Below, piece after piece: positions 51,326-62,912 of a DNA stretch of 64,000 nucleotides. Made by a program: the position numbers and the translations under genes. The stretch is from Lingula anatina (lineage: Eukaryota; Animalia; Brachiopoda): positions 11,632,651 through 11,696,650 of the forward strand of contig CM120647.1 in NCBI GenBank assembly GCA_051362555.1. Direction: 5' to 3'. The notes beneath the pieces are model-generated. The model saw only the letters and a program-made list of their open reading frames with translations, was not told where the DNA came from and ran no database searches. Each line of letters begins with the position of its first letter. Positions within the stretch are counted from its first letter, which is position 1.

Positions 51326-51635
51326 CATTTACCGCATATCTTCCCGTCAGTAACTGGCCTCTACTTGGAGAACAAAAACTCTGGGCGTAATAATTCTCCA
51401 GCTTCACCCCCTCCGCCGCAAGACGATCGAGAGTCGGCGTCTTCACCTCGTCGTTATGATAACCAATGTCGTTCCAGCCCAAGTCGTCTGCCAAGAGAAA
51501 CACGATGTGGGGAGGTTTAACAGGTCCTATAGGTGGGGAAATCCTATTTTTTCCCAGACCGTATACTCTGCCTCCCATGGTGCCATAAACTTGTAACACC
51601 ATTAAAATGGCGGCGAGTGTAATTCTATACGCCAT
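47145..51635 (-). CDS. Arylsulfatase B-like sulfatase, copy 3 (524 aa, 8 coding exons)
   Basis: Exons 51635-51333, 50988-50805, 49958-49780, 49373-49262, 48879-48784, 48492-48252, 47932-47760, 47431-47145; same sizes and phases; FCSPSR motif present. Confidence 0.94.
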
Positions 51636-52023
51636 GTTCTATCTAGCTGTAGAAAAAGAGAAGAAAATTATAAATGAGAATGTTGATACCGAAAAAAAGT
51701 TTGAGATAAATTACTACAGAAGAATATGCAAATCCACTTGGTTTGAACAAGGAGTTTTAAAAAAACTCCTTGATTTGAACTACACACAGGTAGCTTAGGG
51801 GACCCTTGAATTATAACTTTACATCCTCGGTACATGAAGCATTGCTCATGTTTTTGCTGTTACAAAATGCCGCAGTATTTCATTTTTTATATTTGGCCCA
51901 ATACTGGCTTATTCTAGTTCAGATCTGAAATAAATTTTACGTCTACCTACAGTATCTATTTTAAAAATGTAATTGGAAACTGCAGTGAAAATAGTTCATT
52001 TTTTGTCCGCATACTCTACTCAC

Positions 52024-52195
52024 TTGCTGGTAGTGACCCAGCTACTGTGTCTGCGATCACTTAAACACACGTGTTTACTGAATTTTTGTCGAAATGTTCC
52101 TCCTTAATTTGCTGCCTGTCACCAGGGGAAGAAACTGCACTCATCTGCAATACGTAACATTATGAGGGTACTCATAAAGAAATATAAATAATGCA
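52024..52195 (-). promoter_or_regulatory. Candidate 5'UTR exon/promoter of ARS3
   Basis: Conserved with 39823-39995, including the gtgagt donor and ttaatttgctgcctgtcaccagg. Confidence 0.5.
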
Positions 52196-53389
52196 TGTAG
52201 ACCGAATAAATAATTCATGACAAGGTTACCTCTGTCAAGTCCCATTCTTAGTTAATTGCGCTATAAAAAGAGAGAGAAAAAAAAAAGAGAGAGAGAAAAA
52301 AGACAACTTGACTGGAGATGAAGGTACTGTTACAGATAATACTGATTATTCCATCTAATTCACATCAAACAAACTTGAGAGATCTTATCACTTCTTGTTT
52401 TGACTGCCTGAGGTTCTGGCTTGGCAGCGCCAAAGAAGCCAAAATTTATTTGAAATGTAACAATGTCATTGCTTACAAAGAAGAAATATATTTCACAACT
52501 CATTTAACCCTATTCAACACAGGTACATATACCATTATACCCACGTACTGTATATAATTACTGGCACCGGTACATACATTCCAAAAATGGTGGATTTACC
52601 GACCGAAAAATTACTTGTAGCTCAAAATTTTTTCACAGAAATGGAATTTTTGACTCATTTTGCCTACAAAAACACTTGCTATGGTTTTCCAAAATGTTAT
52701 GTTTTAATATAAACAATAATAAAATAACTCATTCATTCCATTACTTGCCCGTTTCTTTTACCATGAATCCTTTGTGAACCAAGATCAGTTTTTTTTTCTA
52801 TAGCGAACCTTTTCTCTTGCTCCCCCCCCCCATTTGTTAAATGTAAATGTGTAACCGTCGTTGCTCCGTGGCGCCGCTCCGTGGCAAAGCGAGGAACTGT
52901 CCCCTGCGCCATCTGTCGGTCTGTGAGAAAGGTTATATAAGCTGGGCAAACTGTCTTTCTCTCTAAAACGTGGACTATGACACGTTTTCAAAGTTCGTAC
53001 TATTATATAACTGCTGGCCTTGAATCTTGTTTTCACATGCCAAAACATAAATAAATAAATAATTAAATGAATAAATAAATAAATAAAATGTTATATAAAT
53101 AAAAAGGCATTTATAATGATAATGGTGATTATTGATAATGAATTAAGATATGCTGATTAAAGTCCCCCAAACCATCTTGCATATACCCCTTAAAACCCAA
53201 TAGTATCAGGTACATTGATACACGATTGCACCGATATACATAAACCTTCCCCTGTTTTCAAAATCATTTTCATTCATTCAAAATCAACGACCCATCCCGT
53301 CTTTCGCAGTGAAGAGTGCCCTGACACGTTACTAACCGGATATCTTTAAATGCACGCTCTATTGCCTTTTCCCTGAGACTCTTAACTGG

Positions 53390-56300
53390 ATGACGAAGAT
53401 GGAGACTGCAACCAAATTTTATGCAGGGGTCGTTCCAGTGATTTTGGCTCTGGCATGGACCTTCTGGGGCTCTCAAGACTTCGGGAATTACCTTCCCTCG
53501 ATGTTTTCGACTTTGCCTTGGGGAAAAGATCCGCACGATGCGAGCAAGTGGAAGGGCCATATGGAACCTTTCGGGAACCAGGTGGAGAAAACTATCGAAA
53601 TTCCTTCGCTGGATTATTTCCCCGACCCTGAGGAATTTTACCGAGACTACGTGCGCCAGTCGGCCCCCCTAGTGGTCAAGGGGGCCTTGAGGCACTGGCC
53701 GGCGGTCCAGAAGTGGTCAGATGAGGGATACCTGAGGGAGAAATTTGGGCATCGATATTTTCTTTCAATGTGGAGGAACATCACCGATCAGTACCATCCT
53801 GCCCACATGATGATGTCTATGGCGGATTTTCTAGAGTAAGTCGGGTGACCCCCCCCCCCCCGGGGGGGGGGCTTAAACGTGGTAAGGGGTGCTATAGAAG
53901 TGGGTCGAGTGAGTAGAGAAGGGGGCGTCTCTTTTCGCTCGGAAAAAAATATATACATAAAAACTGGGGAGGGAAGTAAAGGAGACAGGAATTATTCCAC
54001 ATGCCCCCCCCCCTGCCCCCAACCCCACAATAACAAAGCATGCCACTGCAGTGAACAGTTCACAATAACTACTAAAAAATATTTTTACAGAAATAGAATA
54101 AAAAAGACATTTCCTGATTTGATCAAAACAACCTAAAGTGACGCAGCATATTCAGGTATAGATCGCTGTACATCAATATGATCATGCTGTCATTCGAAGC
54201 CTTGTTCCTTTCCATATAATGCAGTGACAGTGCTAGGCCTACTGTGACCCTTCCCCCATTGTGTGGGGTTGCGCATCCCCTAATATGTACATAGTGAATT
54301 AGACGGTAGAAACTCAGTCCTCTATACAAAGCCAACCATGCGTCTCAATAACAAGCTTCAAAACGTAAAGGTAGTTATTTCTATAATATACCTGAGTCTG
54401 AGAGGTGAATTTGTTAAAAGAAGTCATATAAACAGTTTGCCTATTTAACTTCGTGTTCAGTATAGTGAAGGTAATTCTCAGTAACTATCGGCCTCAGACA
54501 TCATCCATGCTTTTTAGAGGTACATTTCACAAAAGAACATATCATTACCGTAAGTTGATCTTTAAAGAAATTGGACTTTCTGTATCTGAGGGCCCTTTCA
54601 CAATGAAACTATCGTTCTACGTACATGTAGCCCGATCTACCTCCGCAAAGGCTTTCGCTGAATGCAATCAGTTTAAAAAGCCTTCTCTTGTTTTCAATCA
54701 CCAACTTTTCTGTATTCAACACAACGCCAGGAGTAGGCCTGTTAAGCTATTAAACTGATTGCATTTAGCAAGTCTCAGTGGAGTTGGATCGGTATACGTA
54801 GACCAATCCATTGAGAATTTTCCCTTAAAGAATTATTACCACATGTTTTGTTACAGTCAATATAAGGAACATAAAATCTACATGGATTCCACCATTTGCG
54901 AGGAGATGGCTGAGGACGTCACCTTCCCTGGCTACATAGCTTGTGATGGGTTCATGAAAATCGTGAGTGGTTCTGCTGCGAAGTAGAACTTTTTTTAAAT
55001 ATTTACTATAATGGTTATTCAATTGTGATAAGTTACAATATCAAAGACGCACTGTAACTGGTGTGTAAAAATCCCTTTGACGCCACGTCATATTTCTGAA
55101 AGTATCCGTCAGTGGTATTTTTATTTCAACAAAAATTTGCATAAAGAAATGTAACGATTTCCTTTAGATTATACAAGGAATATACATGAACGCAGTCAAA
55201 GTGATGGGTTTATTATGCAACCATTGCAAATATAGCTGAGCTGCAACAGTTGTCAGCACCCACTTCTCAATTGTGGTTTTGGTTCAGAACAAATTACATA
55301 TATGACGTCACGCCAAAGTCAAAGTAAAAAATGTCCAATAATGGATATGCAAAGCTTAAAATTTAATTAGGTCTCTTACTGAGTCAGGTTGCCACATTTC
55401 TGAACCCTTGTTGTTCCTTACATGTACTTATACGCCACAGATACCGCGTTCAGATACTCACTACCATGTCACCACATCAACATCCTTAGTATGATGTCAC
55501 AGATATCACGCTCAGATACTCATTGTTATACCAAGAATAATATGTTCACCAAAGTTATAGAATAAACGACGTACATTATAAAGATCTTATAATTCCAATA
55601 ATTTTTCTAGCTGAAGCAGGTGGCCATATTTTTCAACTCTGGTTGGTCCAGCACAGATATCCACTATGACGTCACAGACACCATATTTGCGCAGGTGACA
55701 GGCGGACGACAATGGATCCTGACCACACCACGTGACGGGAAATACCTCTACTCAGACGACTTTAAATTCCACTCCGGTTAGAGACGCGGATTTTCACATA
55801 GAATGATATCATTTATTTCTCTCGGTTCGTTTTCATACTTTAAGTTGAATTCACATATTTGTGTTTCAATCGTACATGTATCTTAATCCGCCTTTGCCTG
55901 ATATAATTTCTCACATTTAATAAAAGATTAAGATGGCTGAATCTTTGGGTTGGAATATAACGCCTTTTTTGTATTATTTCTTTTATATAGTTTAATTTAC
56001 ATCGCTATATGTACGAGCAGCAGCCCATTATTATTTCTGATTAAGTTTTGACTCTCAGTTAATTTACCTCTTCAAATAAGAGACTGATTTTTCAGTAGAT
56101 ATAAAAGATTAAATAACGTCTCACGGTCCGAAATTCCATTTCCTCAGGTTCCTCGCCAGTCAACCAGGAATCAGTCGACTTAACAAAATACCCAGACGTC
56201 GCCAAGGTCGCCATCTATAACGCCACACTAGAACCCGGAGACATCATCTATGTCCCCGAGGGGTGGTGGCACCAAGTAAGGACACATGGCGGACCCCCTA

Positions 56301-59300
56301 ATATCGCCCTCGCCATCTTTGTTGACTTCCTTCTTTGTATGTTCAACGTGGAGCAGACCGATCAAGTAATTGATTATATTGAAGGGTGTATCAAGCTTCG
56401 AGAACAGAAACCGAAAGGTGGGTGGAAAGAAGTTTTGAACTGTTTGTGCGCGCGCGCGCACGCGCGCGTGTGTATAGATGTGTGTTTCAAGTAAGTCCGT
56501 GCGTGTTTAATGTATGCGTGTGAATGCACGTACCTGCGGATCGATGTGTGTAAACCTATTTGGATTAATGATAATAATAATAACAATAAAAAGATAAAAA
56601 ATACACCATAAATCAGCTCATTTGTTCTATAACTCGCATTAGTGTATATCGTAAATATAAAACCATGGAGAGGTTGTACGACAGTGTCAAGAAAACACGC
56701 CGAAAGATAGAAGGGCGTTGACACTTCTAGTGGCTTTGATAAATTAGACTCAATTAACACTTATATCAATCTTATTTTGCAATCTGCCTTTATTTGTACT
56801 GCCATATCGAGGGAGGTATATATTTTTTACCTTTTTATTCACCAGATATGAAGTGTAACATCTCTATGGCCAATATGCCAATGAGTGAAGTATTTGCCAA
56901 GTACAGCTATCTCAAACCCGAAGCCATGGAAATCTCGCGAGAGAGTGCCGATATTGACGAGATGGACGAGAGGCGACTGAAGAGCGGATACCCCAGTACG
57001 TATATGTATATGTATCCCTAATGTCATGAGAGATCATTATAAAACGCCTCGCATTTGTGGCACTATTTTGTATACAAGAGTGTCCAAGAACGCGCATGTG
57101 TATATATACATATGTATGTGTTCGTTTGGTTGCGTGCATGTGTAGGCTATGTCTACATTTTTGAAGGACGAATAAAGAAAAAGGGAAGGAAAGTCTCCAA
57201 ATGACGTCACTGCCCCCTCGTTGTAAATGACCAATGTTTTTTTTTTCACCTTAAATATGAAGTGATGCCGGTCAGAAACTCAAGAGAATCACTTGGAAGG
57301 GGTGTGTTTCACCAGAAATATACCAGCACTAAGTCTTGTTTATACTTATTTAAAAAATAGCTCAGGTAAAATGCACAGGAGAGTAATTCTGTCACTACAC
57401 TCGTTTGATCTTACTCGTGAGGTGAATAAAGCTGAAAATCTTGTATTATAACTCAGCAGCAGCAGGCACCCACAGTATATTACAAAAATTAGTATACTGA
57501 TCAAACATTGACGGTGTGCTTTCCAGCACCTTAATAAACCTTAATCAAGGGTTGCCCTCACGAGACAAGGACGCCCAGGAGAGTTAAGGAAACTGACACT
57601 GGATGAGACACACGTGAGGTTGCGTGACTCGATCCTCTAAGAAATAATTCATTGTGTTCCGTATCAAGATCGACATTGGAACTCAACGTATACGTAAATG
57701 TTTTATCCCCGTTGGCGCTTAACAACAGAAAAAATATCGCTCGTGTTTACATTTTTGAAAAGATTTCATAACAAAACTATTGCTTATTTACATGGACAAA
57801 GCTATGGTTAGCCTACCTAGTATCGGATGTTCGGAGCTTCCTCAATCTAACGAAATATTTGTGCCGCCGAGTAATGTGCAGCTGGTGGTGCAGCTGTGAC
57901 AGGTTAAGTGTGACATCACAGTTGCTGAGTCACGTGATGTTTGTAGCAAGCTCTGATTTGGCAACAGTAGTTTGGATGTATAATGATAACAACCCTACAT
58001 AAGAATTGTAAATTGGTATTTCTCTATTTTATAATTTATCATAATATTGAGAGGCATCTATGGTAATTTGAAGCAGGCATGACTTCAACACACTTGTTTT
58101 GAGAGGGATAGAGAGAAAGCAAGAGAGAGAGAGAGAGAGAGAGATATTAATGCATCCAGGGCTTCCATTTACCATGATCCCCACTTCCGTAGTCGAAGAG
58201 ATACTCTGCCAACCTAACTTTTTTGAGTAGCATAGTTTTGCAAGGAGGGTCTATCTTTGATATTTTTCAGACGTTTTGTTCCATCGTCTTTACATTTTAT
58301 CGGTCGAAAGAGTATGAACCAGTGTCAATGAGTATTACCCTCCCATATATTCCACATACCACACTCAACGAGATTTTTTTCAATTACCTCATAATAATTC
58401 CATGTCTGAACAGCGCCATTAAGTGTAGTTACTGTAATTCATCAAAATATTGTTGGGTAATCTCCCGGATCCGCATGCAATAGGCGATTGAAGTAGTGTA
58501 TTCTGGTGTGCCCCACTGACGGCCAGCTCAGGTCACCTTTCACCGCAATATATACCGCAATACAACGATTTTATTTTTAGCAGACTGCTGTGGTCAGATA
58601 ATAATGTTGCCCGACCTTATTTAGATTGTACGGATTCAAGCTATTTTCGTTCTTAGTCTGAGGGCTCATTCTCAATACAACTATCGGTCCAACTCCGCAT
58701 GGGACTCTCAGTAAATGTAATCAGTTTAACAATTTAGCACGCCTCCTTTGCTTCCAAGGTGCTCGCATAAACACCAGGTTTTGTGTAGTTGGATTAATTT
58801 CAGCACACTCTTTTCTATATTTTTATAACGGGACTATATCTTTGTCAAATAAATTTCTAGTTTTATTGGTAGTTTGTTTTTAACCTGGTGTTTTTTCAGG
58901 GGTGTTTTTTTTTTCAGAAAGTTTAATTAATAGAAAATAAAATCTTAGAAACACTAGGTGAAAACTGTATTGTACTGTTTAATCTGTTTGAAGTTTTATC
59001 CTCAAGTTTTAGCTTTTAATCATATTTTAAATATTATTTTTATTTTATCTCCAGTGCCGGTATTGGGGCTTGGCCTGGGAGGCATGACGCCAGAAGAGGC
59101 AGAGAGGGGTGTCCGCCACGCTCTCAAAGTCGGTTACAGGTACGTCTGCTTCTTAGGTGAGGTATACTAAGCGCTCGTAAAGGGCTACCGGTAGTTGGAA
59201 AAAGCGAGCGCCTAAGGGGAATGCAAGTAAATCTGGAGTACTCATAGTACTGTAGAACAAGAAACTCCAGTAGGTACAGTTGTACCTTAGTTAGATTATG

Positions 59301-60350
59301 TAGTTCTACGTCAGGACTCAATTTGCTAAGTCAATTCCACTGCTTCATTTAAATTATGATATATTTCCCTCTGATACTCGTACGTTTGAATTTTTCTTTA
59401 AGCGCGAGGTCAGTTTTTGGTAAAAGTTACAACACCTGCTGACACCGTGCTAACTGATGCATGGCCTGCTTCCAAACATGTATATTCAGGGATAATGTGT
59501 GTGTATGTCAAGATTTCACTTTCACTCAATCTCAGTCTAAGTCATTTCAAATAAACATGAGCTATAATACAGAGTATTAATTTGAATTTATGGTTATTTC
59601 GTTTATTTCAGGTTGTTTGACACCGATCCGGAAGACGAAAGCGAGGCAACTTTAGGTGCATTTTTGGCTGAAAACGAATACTGTGAACGTGAGGACATAT
59701 TCGTTATCGTTAAAGTTCACCCGAAAAATTTGGGCAGAGAGGCGACAAGAAAGTCGATCGAGCGATCTTTACAGAGGTTGCAGATGGACTATCTTGATTT
59801 GGTTCTGATCCAAGCGCCATCGTGCGACGAGAAGAAATTAAAATGCGAAGCAGACGACAACCGCGGCACGTGGCAGGAATCATGGGAAACTCTTGAAGAA
59901 ATGAACAAAACTGGAGTTGTTCGTTCATTAGGGGTAAGCAACTTCAAAAAGTCGCAGATGAAGGAACTTCTCAAAAAGGCAACTGTCCCCGTTTCTGTTC
60001 TCCAAGCCAGATTCGATCTAATGACAAGAAACACAGCGCTGAGGACATTTTGCGACAAAAACGGAATTCAGTTCATGGCGCACAGTTTGCTTGGCTTCGG
60101 ATGGGTGGCCGACGGGCTCTTCGAGGAAAACCCAATCATCGGCAGTTTCCCGGTGATGCTGGCTGCGAGAAAATACCGCACCAGCCCAGCGTCCGTTTTG
60201 ATCAGATTCGCTCTGGATCGGAACATCACCGTCGTCCCCCGGTCGTCCAATCCGCTGCATATTTCTCTGAACAAGCATGCTGCTTATTTAGATATTCCTG
60301 ATAGCCCAGACATAATGAACAGTCTGGAAGACTTCCCCCACAGACAGTGA
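53390..60350 (+). CDS. Signal-anchor + JmjC (cupin-like 2OG/Fe oxygenase) + aldo-keto reductase-like fusion protein (653 aa, 7 coding exons)
   Basis: Exons 53390-53835, 54857-54962, 55611-55776, 56148-56417, 56846-56995, 59055-59139, 59612-60350; GT-AG, in phase, 1962 nt. JmjC: PLVVKGALRHWPAVQKW, IHYD, LEPGDIIYVPEGWWHQV. AKR: LKSGYPMPVLGLG, GYRLFDT, REDIFVIVK, SLQRLQMDYLDL, RSLGVSNF, VPRS. Confidence 0.85.
57810..57940 (-). promoter_or_regulatory. Homologue of the ARS1 first exon/CLEAR-box promoter inside JmjC-AKR intron 5
   Basis: ggtggtgcagctgtgaca.gt.aagtgtgac.tcac.gttg...tcacgtgat is shared with 29460-29515; possible minus-strand donor tag|gtaggc at ~57817. Confidence 0.5.
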
Positions 60351-62912
60351 CATTAAGAAATAAAAACTTTTAAGGGAAATGAAGGTTAAAAAAATCATCT
60401 CCCTAATTCATTAATTTCACTTACATGCATCTACAGTAGGTATAACATACTATTAGATTATTTTTTTCATGGATATTCAGAAAAGTATAAGAAGCAGGAA
60501 ATATAGGAGCAGACGACATGCGGCATGTGGCACAAACCTTCGGAAATCTTTCGCTACAGACAGTGAAATTAAGATATTGTATGGAGATGAAGAGTAAAAA
60601 TAAAATAATAAAAAAAACTCCAACTTCCTTATATCACGATTTATATGTACATGTGATGCTTGTACATGTATCGCGCATTTAATACGTAAAGAGTACCGCT
60701 CCAGGAGTAAGACTCGTCAAAAATTATCAGTTATTTCAAACTTTATGCAGATCGATGTTTGTCTGAACATTTGATATAAGAAAGATTTTAAAAGTAATTT
60801 GTAGTATAGATTGACAAAATACCAGGCAGACAATAATATAACATATTTATTTCCTCTCACTGAGTGGGGTCAGGATAAAAACCATCTTTACTTTAATTCC
60901 ACACTTATAAAATCTGCTGGCTGCTCATTTTGTAAAAAAAATTGAATAAAATAAATGTCTTGTTCTGAACTTCCCGTGAACAATTATGATTTAAAAAACC
61001 AACACGACTCGAATGAAGCACAAAAAAGCAATAATTTTATTAGGGCAACAGTATATATCAAACACAACAAAACATAATTTAAGCATTCACGTTAGAAAAC
61101 TCATCAACACATTCTCAACTGGTCTTAATTTGCTCACAATTAATTACAGACTATAAACTTTCGTAGATACTATTATGTGTAAACACGTTAAGCTTTCAAC
61201 TAAACCACGAGGCATCCACAGTAAAAAGCCTCCATATATGGCGCAATGAAACACACATTGAGCTGCCGTCATTCATTTCTATAGTACTGTAACTACTAAC
61301 TACAGTAATTAATTATAAATGAAAAACCCATTTTTACTTTAAACAAAGTTTACAACTGACTTTATATAATATGATATTTTATATGATATTTCACATGCAA
61401 AAACTATTTCGAGCGACAGAAACACACATGCATGTTAAAAACCAATCTCAGTGTCTGATAAGGTGCAGCTACAGGCAACATTTAAACGCTTTCTGAAATA
61501 CATAAGCATCCACAATGCATTAACGGTTGAATTTTATATAACGCTGTTGACTCTGTATATGAATGATAAAATATGTTGAAATAACTGTGAATTACAAATT
61601 ATCGTCTTTCGTTCTGTGTGGATATCAGACTAATGGAATGAACTATCGAAGGTCTTATATGTATACAATGATAAGGACACATTTTTCTATATATGGTTAA
61701 TTACTTTAAAAATATGACATCAATTCAAACACTAAACCTGGAAAAGGAATGGTGATCCATATAAAATATCAATTGTAGATATAAGTGATAAATTAACCTT
61801 TTTCCTCAAAAATATAACAGGCAATGGAAACAAGTTAGCATCGACAATTTTTTCGAAAATTTGTCTTTATAAGGCAATGTCAACTTTAATTTTCCCATAC
61901 TTTTGAGAAAATATTAGCAGAAGAATCTTCCAAATCGGTATTTTCGACAAATTTTCAACAACTTCTTTGCATCTGGTTCAAACGGAAAGTATTGGTAGAT
62001 TCTTATACACTTTCTTATACACTTTTGTATAATAAATCATTAAACGCAAGCAATATATACATCTCACAAACTTGAATACAAAGATGCATATATGAAAAAA
62101 AATATATCATTGTACTAGTTTCAAGCACTGTACATAAATCTCCCACAGATTTTTTATTTTTGGTCCATTCTTTTAACATTGTCAACTCCTTCAGGAGTAG
62201 TACAGATACCAGTAACTGCATGTAGCTGCAACTTGAAGCGCTCAGAGTTGACACGTACAAGTAATTAATAAAAAAAGTTATATACATACAGAGTCTATAC
62301 TGCCACGGCAACCGTATCAAAGAAGGCACAGAAAAGGCTTTTGATTCCCGGTATCAAAGTAATCATTTTACTGATGCAGCTGTTCCTACAAGAGGCGCAA
62401 CGGAAGACGGAGAAATGATCCAACAGCAGGTGGCTTAAAGCATGGCTGAGTTCTTAGTGAAGGGACAACATATGACTTTTTTACTTTGACATTGCTCTAA
62501 AGTTCATGGCCAAGACCCTCACCGAGAGTTGTTTTAAAATATTTTAGATAGGAATGGTTAATAATGAGGATGAACCTTATAGTCGAAAATCAAAATTTTG
62601 CAGGACATCACCGGGTAAGTTTATCGTTTATAAGTTAAGGTTGTTTGAAAGTAATCCAAGAACAACGTGAAATGTTTTAACAATAAAAAAAAATCAATTT
62701 AACCAGCAATAACCTCAGTGATTATAATTTTCAAATTCAACAGCAAAGCTTCGCCAAACAGATACTATTCAAAGGAGGGCGTTCGTAATTTTTTTTTTTC
62801 AATATTACTTGCCATCCATCACATCTCTTAAATAGTTCGATAAACAAATCTACAGCCCAGCTCCCGTAGGATAGCAGACATCGTACAAAGTCACCGATGA
62901 ACGGCCAACTAT

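Noticed and set aside
52860-53048. Possible second Penelope GIY-YIG remnant on the minus strand (…IVRTLK…SLPSLYNL)
   Set aside because: The resemblance is too weak to call without a profile search.
59613-60350. Stand-alone 245-aa AKR ORF as listed in the ORF track
   Set aside because: It starts at a TTG right after a splice acceptor and lacks the AKR N-terminus, which upstream exons supply.
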